A stretch of DNA of 63,732 nt, filler included, from Octopus bimaculoides (Eukaryota): the NCBI RefSeq assembly GCF_001194135.2. It is 4 parts of 4 records of this genome, joined end to end, with 100 filler letters (N's around TTAATTAATTAA, not from the genome) between each part and the next. Parts side by side here need not be neighbours in the genome. Positions count along the whole stretch, not along the records: positions 1 to 25,424 come from NC_068990.1; 3 more parts are not named here. The stretch is one strand, 5' to 3'. The position numbers and the translations under genes were made by a program. Positions 1 to 12,619 of this stretch are shown here, in pieces (position 1 is the first letter of the stretch; every line of letters begins with the position of its first letter). The notes under the pieces were generated by a model, which worked only from the letters and a program-made list of their open reading frames with translations, made no database searches and was not told where the DNA came from.

Positions 1-985
1 TCGCTCGCGGGTTATTTTTACCAGCAAGTCTCGGGAGTGGCCATGGGAACGAAATGGGCCCCAACTATGCGATCCTGTTCGTTGGCTACGTTCAGGCCCA
101 AATATTCTCAAGTTCCACTGGTCCCACTCCTAAACTATACGGTCCTAATATTGACGACTGTATCGGTGCGAACTCACTCTCCCGCGAACATCTAGACTTT
201 TTCTTCTCTTTTGTCAAATCTTTCCATCCTGCCCTCCACTTTTGCACTATTACCAACACCTCAGTCACCTTTCTCGATATTTCGGTCAGCATTCATCACT
301 CCACTCTCACCAACTCCATCCACTACAAACACACAGACTCACACTCATACTTCAACTTCTCCTCCTCCCACCCTAAACACTCCAAGCTCTCCATCCCCAT
401 TCCCAATTCCTCCGTCTATGCAGGCTCTGCAGTGACAACCATGAGTTTGAGACTCAGTCTCAACGTATGGTTCGCGACTTCATCCTACGTGGATATCCCC
501 TCTCCACTATCCACACCGCCCTTGCCAGAGCACTTCCGTGGACTGTGCACCTGCTCTCTATCCCCGCACCCGCCCCATCGTCACTCATCTTCCATTTGCC
601 CTCACCTATCACCCCACCACCCTACCTCTCCAACGCACCATTCTCCGAGCCTTCCGGCGACTCCAGTCCGACCCCTCCACTTCGCACATCTTCCCTAACC
701 GACCCCTTCTATCCTTCAAACGAGTCCACAACATACGAAACCTCTTTGTCTACAGCTTCTTCCCTAATCCAACCTTCCAGCCTGGTTCGTTCCTCTGCTC
801 CCCCCCCCACGCTGCCGCACTTGCACTTACCTCTCCAACACACTCTCCTCATAGGCACCCACCATTGACCCTATCATATCACTGACTCCTTCACCTGCAC
901 TTCTAGCAACGTCGCCTACTGCATCTCCTGCTCTCTCTGTCCTTCTCTATACATCGGTCAAGCGTGACGCCGCTTGGCTGACCGG
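1..985 (+). mobile_element. Penelope-like element fragment (RT C-terminal part plus start of GIY-YIG endonuclease), frameshifted
   Basis: ORF 54-698 reads MGPNYAILFVG...NIDDCIG...VTFLDISV...IHYKHTDSHSYFNFSSSHP, matching PLE RT and thumb motifs. Bases ~890-985 translate FTCTSSNVAYCISCSLCPSLYIGQ, the start of a GIY-YIG domain. Confidence 0.9.
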
Positions 986-2624
986 TCATTATTACCGAAC
1001 TGCAGCTCCATCAAGTCAACGTGAACAACTTTTCCAGATGGCAACCCCAAAATATTTTGTTTGAAAAGCTTTTTAAAATCTCCATTATATAGAAATGGGA
1101 GTATATTTTTGTGTTGGGTTATATTTTTTATTATATAAAATAGATTAGTGCTCTTTATTTTTTCATAAATTTTATATTTTATTTTCCATTTTATTTGACA
1201 AACATTCAAGCTCTATTAGCATTTTGCATTTTTCTTCTTTTTTTTCTGTTAATTGTTTTGGAGTCGTGCAAGTGATGCAAGCATCCTAGTTCTCCGGTTT
1301 ATACCAGCGTTCAGTGAAAACCAAGTATATTAGTTTATGATTGAAACGTATAGGTATTTTTAAAACTTTATGAATGAGAAAATGAAGAAAATGGATAAAA
1401 TTGACTTACAATTGTTATTTGTTTAAAAACATTCAAATTCATACAGAGAAATTCCTGCCTACAGCTGTTTCCACACCCAATCAATTCAATTATGGAAATA
1501 AAATTCAGTCTAAATTCTCATATTCGAAACCAGTTAATTGAGTATTTCCTCAGGGAGAATTTCAAAAGGAAGTCACATTTCTACAAGTAGGCTAACCTAT
1601 GACAAACTCAGATGTGTGTATTTTTTCTTGAACACAAGCGTTTCTTAGAAAACGTTATTACCATATATATAAATAAACACATTCAACATCTTTGTGCTCA
1701 TGCAAATATGATACACAATAGTTCATTGATGGTGTTATGGTAGTTAAGATACAGATATTATAGATTGATAAACAAAAATGGGTGAATGGGGAGAACATTA
1801 TAAAGTGTGAAGGAGAGGGTAGCCAAATATATTACTTGATATATTTAGCTACCCTCTCCTTCAATATTGTTAACAATATTGAAGATTAATAAAATATATT
1901 ATAACAAATTCCATTTAATTCCATCTAAAATTATGTCATCAATATTTGCATAAATATACAGTCAATATTTATTATGTAAACATAGTCAGAATCCATATAT
2001 TACCAGATACTACATATAGAAAATCTACAGGGTAACCAAGCACACCAAACCTGCCTCTACTTTAAGATAGTATGTTATATCTTAAGTTTAGTTTAATTGG
2101 CTATTATAGGAATTTTAGCTAAATATTTCAGAGAAGTATGTCTTATGAAATTTACAGTAAAATCAATATACATTGTCACTTATATTAGATTTAACTTATA
2201 TTTACAATAATTAATTACAATATTAAACCTGAAAAACTGCATTATACCAGAAATATTGATCTATTTAAATATATAAATATCTTTAATATATAAGCAATTG
2301 TCAATAATTATTATAAACCTAATGATTGTTCATGAATGTCCATTTTGATGCATGCACACTAGAAAATCCCAGTACTTGAGAGACTTCTTCTAGAAAATAA
2401 TATCAAATACAGCTCTTCTAAACAAAGAAAGCAGAAAGAGTTTCTAGGTTTATAAACTGTAGCCTTGCTTATAATTTCCCACTCCACAGAAAAACGTTTT
2501 TCTTGTCCTTTAAATCCCAAATGAATTTACTAGGTTTAGTGGAAGAAGACATGTTTCTATTATTAAAATATGGCTAGAAATACATTTTGATCCATATATA
2601 TATATATATATATATGGATCAAAA

Positions 2625-4345
2625 CAGTTTGATTCAAATCCATTGGTACATTTGAGTTTCAAGCGTGATGCTAGTCGTCAGCCATTTTGAATTTGAATGA
2701 CAGAAGCTGATTGTTATTACCGTAAGGTGGGCTGCGATTGGTCGAGGAAGATCACATGGTGTCATGGTTTGATGGGTAACAGTTAATTTGAAAATACTGC
2801 ATGGCAAACAGGAAACTGACCATGTGGAGGAAATAGACTACAAGTCAGTCAGGTTGTTAGGAAAGTAGGAAGGGGCGACATGTGCAAGTATATAGTTCTA
2901 TATGTGGGTGTGTAGATGAGCTCATACAGTTTTGCGTGCATGTGTATATTGATGTGAGTATGCACATCTGTACATGGGCACACACGCACATGTCTACACA
3001 CACAGACATGCCTGCACACACACATGCATATTCGTTCATATATACATATGTATATTCGCATGCATACCAGTGTGCACACATATGCCTGTGCATTCACATG
3101 CATGTGTGTGCACGTATGCACATGCAAAACAAGTGTTGGGGATTGGTAAGTGTTGGGAGTTATTATGCATTGGGGGTTGGTAAACATTGGGGATTGGTAA
3201 ATGGCACTCCTGCTCATGGGGTTTCTTGGTAGCAGTGACCTTGGTGCAGGCGGTGCAGAGTAGCAGCTGGTGCTAAGGTGGTAAATCCAGATTGTTGGCA
3301 GTCAGAGGCTTGAAATTTACCAGAAGGGCATACCTCTGGTGATAGCAATATGAGAAATCATATTTCTTGTTGATGGATACTGCAGGTTGTTGGAGGGTAT
3401 GCAGTTTTTTGCAGAGGCGAAGCTGGCAGTTACGGGTGCTGAGGGAATATGGCGGTGCTCTGTCAACAATAGTCCACTTGATGCGAGGTATTTCATCTCA
3501 GAGACCACAGAGTCTCCAGAGAAAATGAGAGTGAAGTAGAATTCTCTCTATCCCTGGATCTGAACAAGTGCATATGTTGGGAATATCTTCCCTTGAAGTC
3601 ATTGGCTGTCATATCCGAATAGTGCTTAGTAATACCATCGGATGGTGTAAAGGTGGCTCTGTATACTATGGCCCTTCAGCGACAAGATCCTTCTAGAGGG
3701 CACATAGTGGGATTTTGGAAGTTGCCAGTTGGGATTGGGGATGCTGTGGGTGCATTTTTACATCTGTTGATGCTGTGCAATGTTAGATGTGATGTTGTCT
3801 AAGCTGGAGTAATTCACCTTGACATTATGGGGTGTTGAAGAGTTTGTAATACTTATGGCCTCTGGGTAAGTATTTCTTAATTAACGACAAGAAGCCCCTA
3901 GCTACGTTGATGGAAACTTCTAGGTTGAAAGGGACATTATACCATATAATTCTCCTTTTCCTAATCCTTTTGGTAAACCCACTCCTAGCAAAAGTATCGT
4001 TGCAGTGGTGGGTGGCCCTATTAAAGATCTCACTACTGGCCGAGAGATTAGATATTGCTTACTGATGCCTGGAACCAGGTTTCGAATTACAGCAGGGGGT
4101 TGAGCTCTTATGCATCTATACTGTTATACTGTATCCTCATTAGGCATCCAGTACAGGTAATACTTTCCCGTACTAAGGTCTAAGGTTACATCCAAGAAAT
4201 CAACCATAGTCAGGTTGGTGGTAACTGTTATGGACAGGCCAAACCCCTTAAATATTTTTATCAAGTCCTTCCTGAACCTGTTCATGGTGTTACTGTTCAT
4301 ATAGCTTGAGGTAGCCAGGCCATTGTCCCAAAAATGTATACACAC
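2625..4345 (-). mobile_element. Penelope-like element, 5'-truncated (RT end, GIY-YIG, 3' UTR/pLTR), degraded
   Basis: Minus strand gives FWDNGLA (decayed YRDDGL), DFLDVTLDLSTGKY, an SNHPP-like stretch, HYSDMTANDFKGRYSQH (decayed YIG motif) and KWTIVDRAPPYSLSTRNCQL. The 3' region carries a hammerhead-like motif at 2642-2686. Confidence 0.85.
2642..2686 (-). ncRNA. Type I hammerhead ribozyme-like motif in PLE 3' end
   Basis: Minus strand reads ATGG CTGACGA CT AGC ATCAC GCT T GAAAC TCAAAT GTA CCAAT. The core is canonical (CUGACGA and GAAA), the triplet is GUA, and stem I is short (TGG/CCA). Confidence 0.65.
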
Positions 4346-4411
4346 TTTGATAGCTGATAACTTAATTTTCATACACACACACACAAACACATCTATACAT
4401 ACATATATATA

Positions 4412-4466
<55 letters not shown>

Positions 4467-4714
4467 NNNNNNNNNNNNNNNNNNNNNNNNNNNNNNNNNN
4501 NNNNNNNNNNNNNNNNNNNNNNNNNNNNNNNNNNNNNNNNNNNNNNNNNNNNNNNNNNNNNNNNNNNNNNNNNNNNNNNNNNNNNNNNNNNNNNNNNNNN
4601 NNNNNNNNNNNNNNNNNNNNNNNNNNNNNNNNNNNNNNNNNNNNACGGAAGAATTGACGTAAGCTTAAATAATAAACTACGATAGGTGAACTGCGATATG
4701 GCGAGGGATTACTG

Positions 4715-4763
<49 letters not shown>

Positions 4764-5329
4764 AGCGTGCATGCGTGGGTAGACACACATGCACAAATAT
4801 ATGTATATTTGTGCCAAATGATAGATGCTATGATGCTGCTACTTCACAATAATATATTTGTCAGTAAGACAGAGGAGCTGACGGTTGCATCACTGGAACT
4901 TAACTAGATTAGTTATCCTCGTGACTCAATCTCACTTGGAAAACAGCTTCTGACAATTAATGGTTTTAGATTTTAAAATTGAAGTTCACACCCTCATGAT
5001 AAACATTTTGAGATAGAATTTTTCTTTCTGAAATGTAAACTAGACTTAACTAGATACTTTTACTTCAAAGTTAAACAATTCCAGGTTGTGCCAGAATGTG
5101 CTTGCTGACATCAGTTGAATTTATTCAGAACAAATTCACATAAATACAAATGCATACACACAAATACACACACACTGTTTGTTTTTATGTTCAATTATAA
5201 AAAAAAAAAAATTTACATTAATCTGATCAAAATTATAATTAAGAAATCTTCTGACTGAGTCTGTTCCTCCCACAAAACAATAGTAATAGTTTCTGATTTA
5301 GGCACAAGACCAGCAATTTTGTAGAAAAA

Positions 5330-6250
5330 TTGACCTCAGTATTTAAATGGACCCTTGTTTTATTGACCCAAGATGGATGAAAGGCAACATTGTCTACAGT
5401 AGGATTTGAAATCAGAATGTAAATACTGAAAAGCATTTCCGCTGACATTCTAGCAATTCTACCACTCAGCCACCTTAACAACAATTTCAGGGCAGGGACT
5501 AAGTCGATTAAATCAACCCATGTTTAATTGATACTTATTTTATCAACCCCAAAAGGATGAAAGACAAAGTCAATCCTGGAGACATTTGAACTCAGAATGT
5601 AAAGATGGACAAAATGCCACTAAGCATTTTGACTGGCATGCTAATAATTCTGTCAGCTCACTGCTTTATATATTAATAATCTTGCTAATTTTTGCCCAAG
5701 ATCAGCTATTTTGAGTCAGAGGGAGAATTAATCAATTAGATGAAGCTAAGTATTAGATTAGCACTTATTTTATCAACCTCAGATGGTTACCTCAGTAGAG
5801 TTCAAACTCAGAATGTAAAGCACCAGATTAAATACCACATAGCATTTTCTCCGATACTCAAATGATCCTGCCAAAGCCACATCTTGCATGAGGTGAAGAG
5901 GCCTAATGATTAAAACAACCCCCATTATACTTGTCTGTTACTTCATTTTCTGCTCCATAAAAAGGATGGAAGTCAAAGTTGGTTGGGACAGGATTTGAAC
6001 TCAGAACATAACAAAGCTTAACTAATAGAAAGAATTTCATCTGACACTAACGGTTCTGCCAATAAGCTGAATTACATGCCAGATGATGATGCTGATAGTG
6101 AAAACAAGGAAAAAGAAAAAGATGAAAAATAAAGTATTATTATTTAAGGTAGTAAGCTGGCAGAACCATTAGCACACCAGGCAAAATGCTTTGAGGCATA
6201 TTATCTGTGTTTACTTTTCATTGACTTTGCCTTTCCTTTTTCTGGGTCAA
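5330..6250. mobile_element. Cluster of about five decayed tRNA-derived SINE fragments (four minus, one plus)
   Basis: Repeated GGATTTGAACTCAGAATGTAAA (B-box-like GAGTTCAAATCC on the minus strand) and TTTTATYRACCC segments, homologous to the better-preserved copies at 51416-51870. Confidence 0.75.
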
Positions 6251-6251
6251 T

Positions 6252-6565
6252 AAAAGGTCCCTGACTGAGGATTGTTTAAGGATGGTGAACAAAATGGCCA
6301 TGTTTCCAGAGGTGAATTATTCAAACCCCAAAGAATTCCTCTCAGCACATGGCTATGATGCTCCCCCACTCATGACCAGAGATACGCATATCATCAGCCA
6401 CTCAACTGGTTAAGTTCAAGCAACTGACAAGCAAATCTGTGATACGAAGCAGGATATTTGCTGTAGCCCATCTTTTGCACCAAGACAAAACAAGTACATA
6501 ATAATACTGTCAATCAGCTAAGATGAGAAGCCATGAAAGTCACTCCCTGGTACTGCATCAGTGTA
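6252..6565. repeat. Partial copy of the ~550-bp (ATT)n-flanked interspersed repeat
   Basis: Aligns by eye to the right half of 6665-7210 and 10072-10617 (AAAAGGTCCCTGA...GTACTGCATCAG) and is followed by (ATT)n. Confidence 0.85.
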
Positions 6566-6583
6566 TTATTATTATTACTATTC

Positions 6584-6623
<40 letters not shown>

Positions 6624-6664
6624 CATCATCATTAATATCATCATCATTATTATCAACATTGCAT

Positions 6665-7210
6665 GAGAGAGTAATGCATGCCAACAAAGTGACACTGGGG
6701 TACAAATATACGAAGGCCAGTGTTTCCATCATGATTACCTGTCAGATAATGGTACACCAGGACATGCATCACAACCATATGTACATAATATGGTGATCTC
6801 ATCTCAAGATAAACAGTACATGACCTTGCAGGTGGGACCAGTTAGAATTTTATTCAGGTTGAGTAGCCCATCCTGCTCAAAAGGTCCCTGAATAAGGTTT
6901 GTTTAAGGATGAGGAATAAAACACCTATGTTTCCAAAGGTGAATTATTCTAATCTCAAAGAATTCCTCTCAGCACATGGCTATGATGCTCCCCAACTACT
7001 TCTGCTTGAGATCAAAGATGCACATATCAGCCACTAAGGGACATGCTCAACTGGTTATGGTCAAGCAACTGACAAGCAAATCTGTGGTGTTGAGCAGAAT
7101 ATTTGCTGTGACCCATCTTTTTATAACAAGACAGAACATGTACATGATAACACTTCCAATCAATTAAGATCAGAAGCCATGAGAGCCACTGGCTGATACT
7201 GCATCAGAGC
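6665..7210. repeat. ~550-bp non-coding interspersed repeat, full copy, between ATT/ATC-rich tracts
   Basis: GAGAGAGTAATGCATGCC...CTGCATCAGAGCA, colinear with 10072-10617. Confidence 0.85.
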
Positions 7211-7211
7211 A

Positions 7212-7266
<55 letters not shown>

Positions 7267-7269
7267 GCA

Positions 7270-10060
7270 TCGTTACATTATTATCAATAGTGTTCAGCAA
7301 AAAGTTAGCAATAGAAAGGAACAGATTAGAATGTGAACTAGTTATCAAACTAGAAGAGGCAATCAGTGAAGGCAAGGCAACAGATGTATTTGTGGCAAGA
7401 GTAGCTCTTGATCATTTCTTTAAGGTAAAACAAGAAGGATACATTGTCAGAGCTAAGGCCCATACAATAAAATATGAGAGAACTAAAGCTGTCCGATGGG
7501 CCCAAACAGTGGAGACTGAATGTGGCAACAAAACGACAATCGGGTCTTTGACAGATCAGGACAGGTGTGTGCTACATGTTTCTGAGAAGATATGTGCGGC
7601 TTTTCAGCAGCACTTTGTGCAACTGTTTGGGAAGGGCGATGGGTTAACGATGATAGAGGACTTTAGTTTTTACCTAAATGGCCTGCCACAGCTCTCAGTA
7701 GCAGACACAAGGTTCTGCGAAAAGCTGATAACAGCAACTGAAATACAAGAGGTGATGAATGATTGCACAATTTGCAAATTGCCAGGTTTAGATGGTCTGC
7801 CCTATGGATTCATGCTAGATTTGTTGGGCAACCTCTTGGCAGACGTCTACCGAAACTGGAAACTGAACAGGAAAATTCCTAGTGCTGTTAGTCAGGGTGT
7901 GATGACACTGCTGAAGGACGCCAACAGAGGGGACGTACTAAGGAATTTTCAGCCCATAACTCTGCTAAACACAGAGTTTAAGATTTTGGCCAAGGTGTTA
8001 GCAAAAAGGTTGGCGCTTGTCATCGATAGTCTAGTAGGGGAAGCACAAATGTGCGCAATCCCAAACAGGTCTATCCATGACAACTACCACCTTATGCGAT
8101 ACATCATAGAGGGAGCTGGAACTAAAGCTGGTTTCAGTGGAGCCCTGCTCAATTTGGACCAAATGAAAGCATTCAATAGGGTTGACCATCGCTACTTGGA
8201 AGCCATCCTTAAAGCAGTTGGTTACAAACCACATTTTCAGAGGCTGGATTGCTGCATTGCAAAGTGGCACCTGCTCAGTAGTCAAAGTAAACAGCCATCT
8301 ATCAGAACCGTTTACCATCACACACTTGGTCCATCAGGGCATCACCTCTTCTGTACATTCTGGCTCTCGAGCCACTGTTGTGGAAGTTGTAACAATTGAG
8401 GGGCATCCCTTTCAAACTGGAACATGGGAGGACAGTGTCAGCATGCACAAACAATGTCACCGTCATGTTATCGGACACCGCCAAAGTGGAAACAGTTAGC
8501 TCCATCCTAGAGGAATACAAGTCAGTTGCAGAGGCCAAAATCAACACCGAGAAGTCAGTGGACTTGCAACTGGGCACCTGAAGAGGCAGGTCTATACTAT
8601 CAGACAGTGGCGGTGGATACTGGACTGATGGACCAGTTAAACTGCTCAGGGTCTGGTTTGATCCCAACCTCCAAGTGGATAAGAACTGAGACAAAGTGAC
8701 AAACAGAGTAGCCTGTCTTAGCCAGAAATGGGCAGAGAGGAAGCTATCCTTGAAAGGTTGGGTAGAGGTGGCGAATGCCGAAATCACCTCTGTCATCATT
8801 TATCATCTGACTGTCGTGCCTTACCCCAGTTATTGCTTGATCAGGTTGGAGTGTCTCTTGTTTATTTTCTTGTGGAAGGGACATGTTCCAATGGGCAGGT
8901 GGTCAGTCTGCTGCCAGCTCCCTCTGTGTGGTGGCTTAGGCATGCTATGGCTTTTGATGTGCAGACATGAGCTCAGGTTGCACCACCTGCAATGATTTCT
9001 AGAAGGTGAGCACGTGTGGGCTCCCTTTGTGAGGCACATCTTTCCGCAACTCATCTTTTTAAGAGAGCTGCAGTCTTGGGTGAAGGCTAAACCAAGACTG
9101 GGTGCCTGGCACTGAGAATGTTGCTAGGTGCTAACTGTCCTCTACCAGTCAGGTAGAGGATGGTGGAGTCAGGTAGAGGATTGGTGGATGACATCCTAGT
9201 AGAGACTCTTGGCATTGATGAAGGTGAACTGGCTAGTCTGTTCCAAAGGACTATTATGGATAATTTCTGGATGATTTTGGCTTAGCAGTGCTATCAGGGG
9301 TCATGGATATGTTGTCAGACGGGCTTATCCAAGGTGTTCACAGAGTGACAAAACTGTTCTGCACACACTTGCTCAGTGTCTAGGCATTGCTGACTTATGG
9401 AGTTATGTCGAACAGCTGTTGTTGTGTGTGGGACGAATCCGTCTGTCATCCAAGTCCATAGTGAGGATTGCTCTGCCACCCTCCTTTAATCAGACAGGCA
9501 ATGCAGTTTTCCTTTGCCTGGTGGCTGTGGTGAAAGAGGTTGTCTGGTGGACAAGGCTGAAAGAAATGAGGACAGAGACATTCCTCTTTGGTAAAGCCCT
9601 CATCGACTTTTTCAAGTGAAACTTGAAAAGGAAAGTGAGGGTGGAGAGGGAGGTGCTGTCCTTAAATGAATTTATAAACAGGTGAGTGAAGGTTGCGAAA
9701 ATAGCAAGAGTGGATGGTACCGAGTGGAGTGTAGACCTGTGAGTCAGAGGAAAGGAGTTTGAAAACGCACTTGTCCTAGGTATTCAGAGTGACCTTGGAT
9801 GGTAAAGTTCCTCAATTATCCCTAGAAGTCCTCCTTAGTCTTCCTGTATCAGGAGGACCCCATCACTAACACCTTTTTCTTTTATTTTTCTTCTTTTTTG
9901 TGTCATATACTATGCATACTTCCCTTCTTTTAATGTATACTGTGTATACTTTACCTTTACTTATTTTTTTTATCATTCCATTATATGTAAACACCCACAC
10001 TTTAAGTGTCTTTGTATTGTCCCCATCATCTTTTGCCCTGGTGGCAAATAAAATAAATCA
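7270..10060 (+). mobile_element. Tx1/L1-clade LINE, 5'-truncated, degraded ORF2 (RT) plus 3' UTR
   Basis: ORF 7290-8399 contains KLPGLDGLPY, NFQPITLLNTEFKILAKVLAKRL, RSIHDNYHLMR and LDQMKAFNRVDH. YADD has decayed to ACTNN at ~8441-8455. The element ends AAATAAAATAAATC followed by (ATT)n. Confidence 0.92.
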
Positions 10061-10071
10061 TTATTATTATT

Positions 10072-10617
10072 GAGTGAGAGAGTAGTGCATGCCATCAAAG
10101 TGATGCTGGGGTAAAATATATGAAGCCCAGTATACCCATCGTGACTACCCGTCTGATAAGGATACACCAGGCACATGCATCACAACCATATGTGCACGAC
10201 ATGGTGATCTCATATCATGATTAACAGCACATGACCTTGCAGGTGGGGCCTAGTTAGAATTTTCTTCAGGTCAAGTAACCCATCTACTCAAAAGGTCCCT
10301 GAATAAGGTTTGTTTAAGGATGTTGAACGAAACACCCATGTTTCCAGAGGTGAATTACCCAAACCCCAAAGAATTCCTCTCAACACATGACTATGATGCT
10401 CCCTCACTACTTCTGCTCATGACCAGAGATGCACATATCGTCAGCCTCTAAGGGACATGCTCAACTGGTTAAGGTCAAACAACTGACAAGCAAATCTATG
10501 ATATTGAGCAGAATATTTGCTGCAGCCCATCTTTTATACCAAGATGTACATGATAACACTTCCAATCAGTTAAGATAAGAAACCATGAAAGCCGCTGTCT
10601 GATACTGTATCAGGGCA
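10072..10617. repeat. ~550-bp non-coding interspersed repeat, full copy, flanked by (ATT)n on both sides
   Basis: GAGTGAGAGAGTAGTGCATGCC...GTATCAGGGCA, homologous to 6665-7210. Confidence 0.85.
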
Positions 10618-10630
10618 CTTATTATTATTA

Positions 10631-10674
<44 letters not shown>

Positions 10675-10685
10675 AATAATAATAG

Positions 10686-11128
10686 TAAGGTGGTGAGCAA
10701 GCAGAATTGTTAGCACATCAGCAATTGTTAGCCTAGCAGCATTTCTTCCAGCTCTTTACATACTAAGTTCAGGTTCTGCCGAGATCAACTTTACCTTTCA
10801 TTCTTTTGGGGTCAATAAAATAAAAACCAATTTAGTACTGGGATCGATGTAATTGACTGAGCCCTTTCTCCCAAAGTTCTGTCTGTAGCAAAAAGAATTA
10901 TCATTATTATTATTATTAAGGTAGCAAGCTGGCAGAATCATTAGCACACCAGGCAAAATGCTTAATGGCATTTCACCCGTCTTTATGCTTAGTTCAAAGT
11001 CCACCAAGGTTGACTTTACCTTTCATCCTTTCACGGTCAATGAAATAAGTACCAGTTGAGTACTGAGGTCGATGTATTTAACTAGTCCCCTCGCACAAAT
11101 TCCAGGCCTTTGCCTATAGTAGAAAGGA
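10686..11128 (+). mobile_element. Two consecutive tRNA-derived SINE copies (CpG-decayed)
   Basis: GCTGGCAGAATCATTAGCACACCAGGCAAAATGC...GTTCAAAGTCC...ACTTTACCTTTCATCC; same family as 51416-51870. Confidence 0.8.
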
Positions 11129-11146
11129 TTATTATTATTATTGTTC

Positions 11147-12296
11147 AGTAGTTTTACTTTTATAGCGTGCTTTCACTTCACTACCGAGTGCAGCTCTGTG
11201 TGCCTTGGCTATGTGCTGTGGTTTGCTGTGATGCTCTTATGGTTACTGTATTGAAAGTGTTTTGCGTCGGATGTGTGCAGTGCCCAGTAGTGCAATTTTC
11301 TGTATGTTATATATATTTGTAAGTCTTGGTGTTTTTGTTATGTATTTGTCTGAATATTTTTTTATTATACCTAAGGCACCTACTATGATAGGAATTGTTT
11401 CTGCTTTTAGATTCCGCATTCGAGTTACCTCTATTTCCAGATCTTTGTATTTTGAAAGTTTTTCCATTTCTTTTAGGGAAACGTTGTCATCTGCTGGTAT
11501 TGATACATCAATTAGAAAGCATTTTTTTTCTNNNNNNNNNNNNNNNNNNNNNNNNNNNNNNNNNNNNNNNNNNNNNNNNNNNNNNNNNNNNNNNNNNNNN
11601 NNNNNNNNNNNNNNNNNNNNNNNNNNNNNNNNNNNNNNNNNNNNNNNNNNNNNNNNNNNNNNNNNNNNNNNNNNNNNNNNNNNNNNNNNNNNNNNNNNNN
11701 NNNNNNNNNNNNNNNNNNNNNNNNNNNNNNNNNNNNNNNNNNNNNNNNNNNNNNNNNNNNNNNNNNNNNNNNNNNNNNNNNNNNNNNNNNNNNNNNNNNN
11801 NNNNNNNNNNNNNNNNNNNNNNNNNNNNNNNNNNNNNNNNNNNNNNNNNNNNNNNNNNNNNNNNNNNNNNNNNNNNNNNNNNNNNNNNNNNNNNNNNNNN
11901 NNNNNNNNNNNNNNNNNNNNNNNNNNNNNNNNNNNNNNNNNNNNNNNNNNNNNNNNNNNNNNNNNNNNNNNNNNNNNNNNNNNNNNNNNNNNNNNNNNNN
12001 NNNNNNNNNNNNNNNNNNNNNNNNNNNNNNNNNNNNNNNNTCTGCTTTGAGTCCTGAGCTTCTCAACCATTGCTGGGATTTTTCTCTCTCTATTTCTTTT
12101 GCATTTAGTTTAGCCCAGTATTTACCATGTAGGGGCTTTTCTTGCCATCGTTTTATCATGGTCCGTTGCTGTTCTAGTTTTAGTTTGGATTTCATTTGTT
12201 TTATAGCTTTTGTTGTTTCTTCTTCTTTTTCTTCGTATTTGTTAGGTAGTATGATTTCTTGTTTGTATTTGTTAGCTTATTATTGTATTTGTCAGC

Positions 12297-12297
<1 letters not shown>
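11147..12297 (-). mobile_element. RLE-type non-LTR retrotransposon 3' fragment (R4/Dong- or NeSL-like), inserted in (TAA)n
   Basis: KPLHGKY...WLRSSGLK lies before the gap. After it, KCFLIDVSIPADDNVSLKEMEKLSKYKDLEIEV...PIIVGALG matches the restriction-like endonuclease domain. Both ends abut (AAT)n on the sense strand. Confidence 0.85.
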
Positions 12298-12339
<42 letters not shown>

Positions 12340-12619
12340 GATTATTATTATTATTATTATTATCATACTTCTGCAATTTCAACATATTATAGCTGTTATT
12401 ACTATCACTACTACTACTGTTCCTCCTACTACTACAATTATTATAATATTTCTACATTTCAACATATTCTCATTGTTGTTACTACTACTCCTACCACTTG
12501 TACAATATCAACATATTACTATCCCTGTTATTACTTATCCTCCTCACACCAGCACAGGCAGAATCAATTACTTGAAATTTCATGGATCTCAATCATTCAT
12601 CAATGGGTGATGTATCCCA

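Noticed and set aside
10430-10620. CTGACGA and a possible HDV-like ribozyme in the ~550-bp repeat (minus strand)
   Set aside because: No GAAA follows the CTGACGA. The HDV P1 is imperfect and the GG needed for P1.1 is absent.
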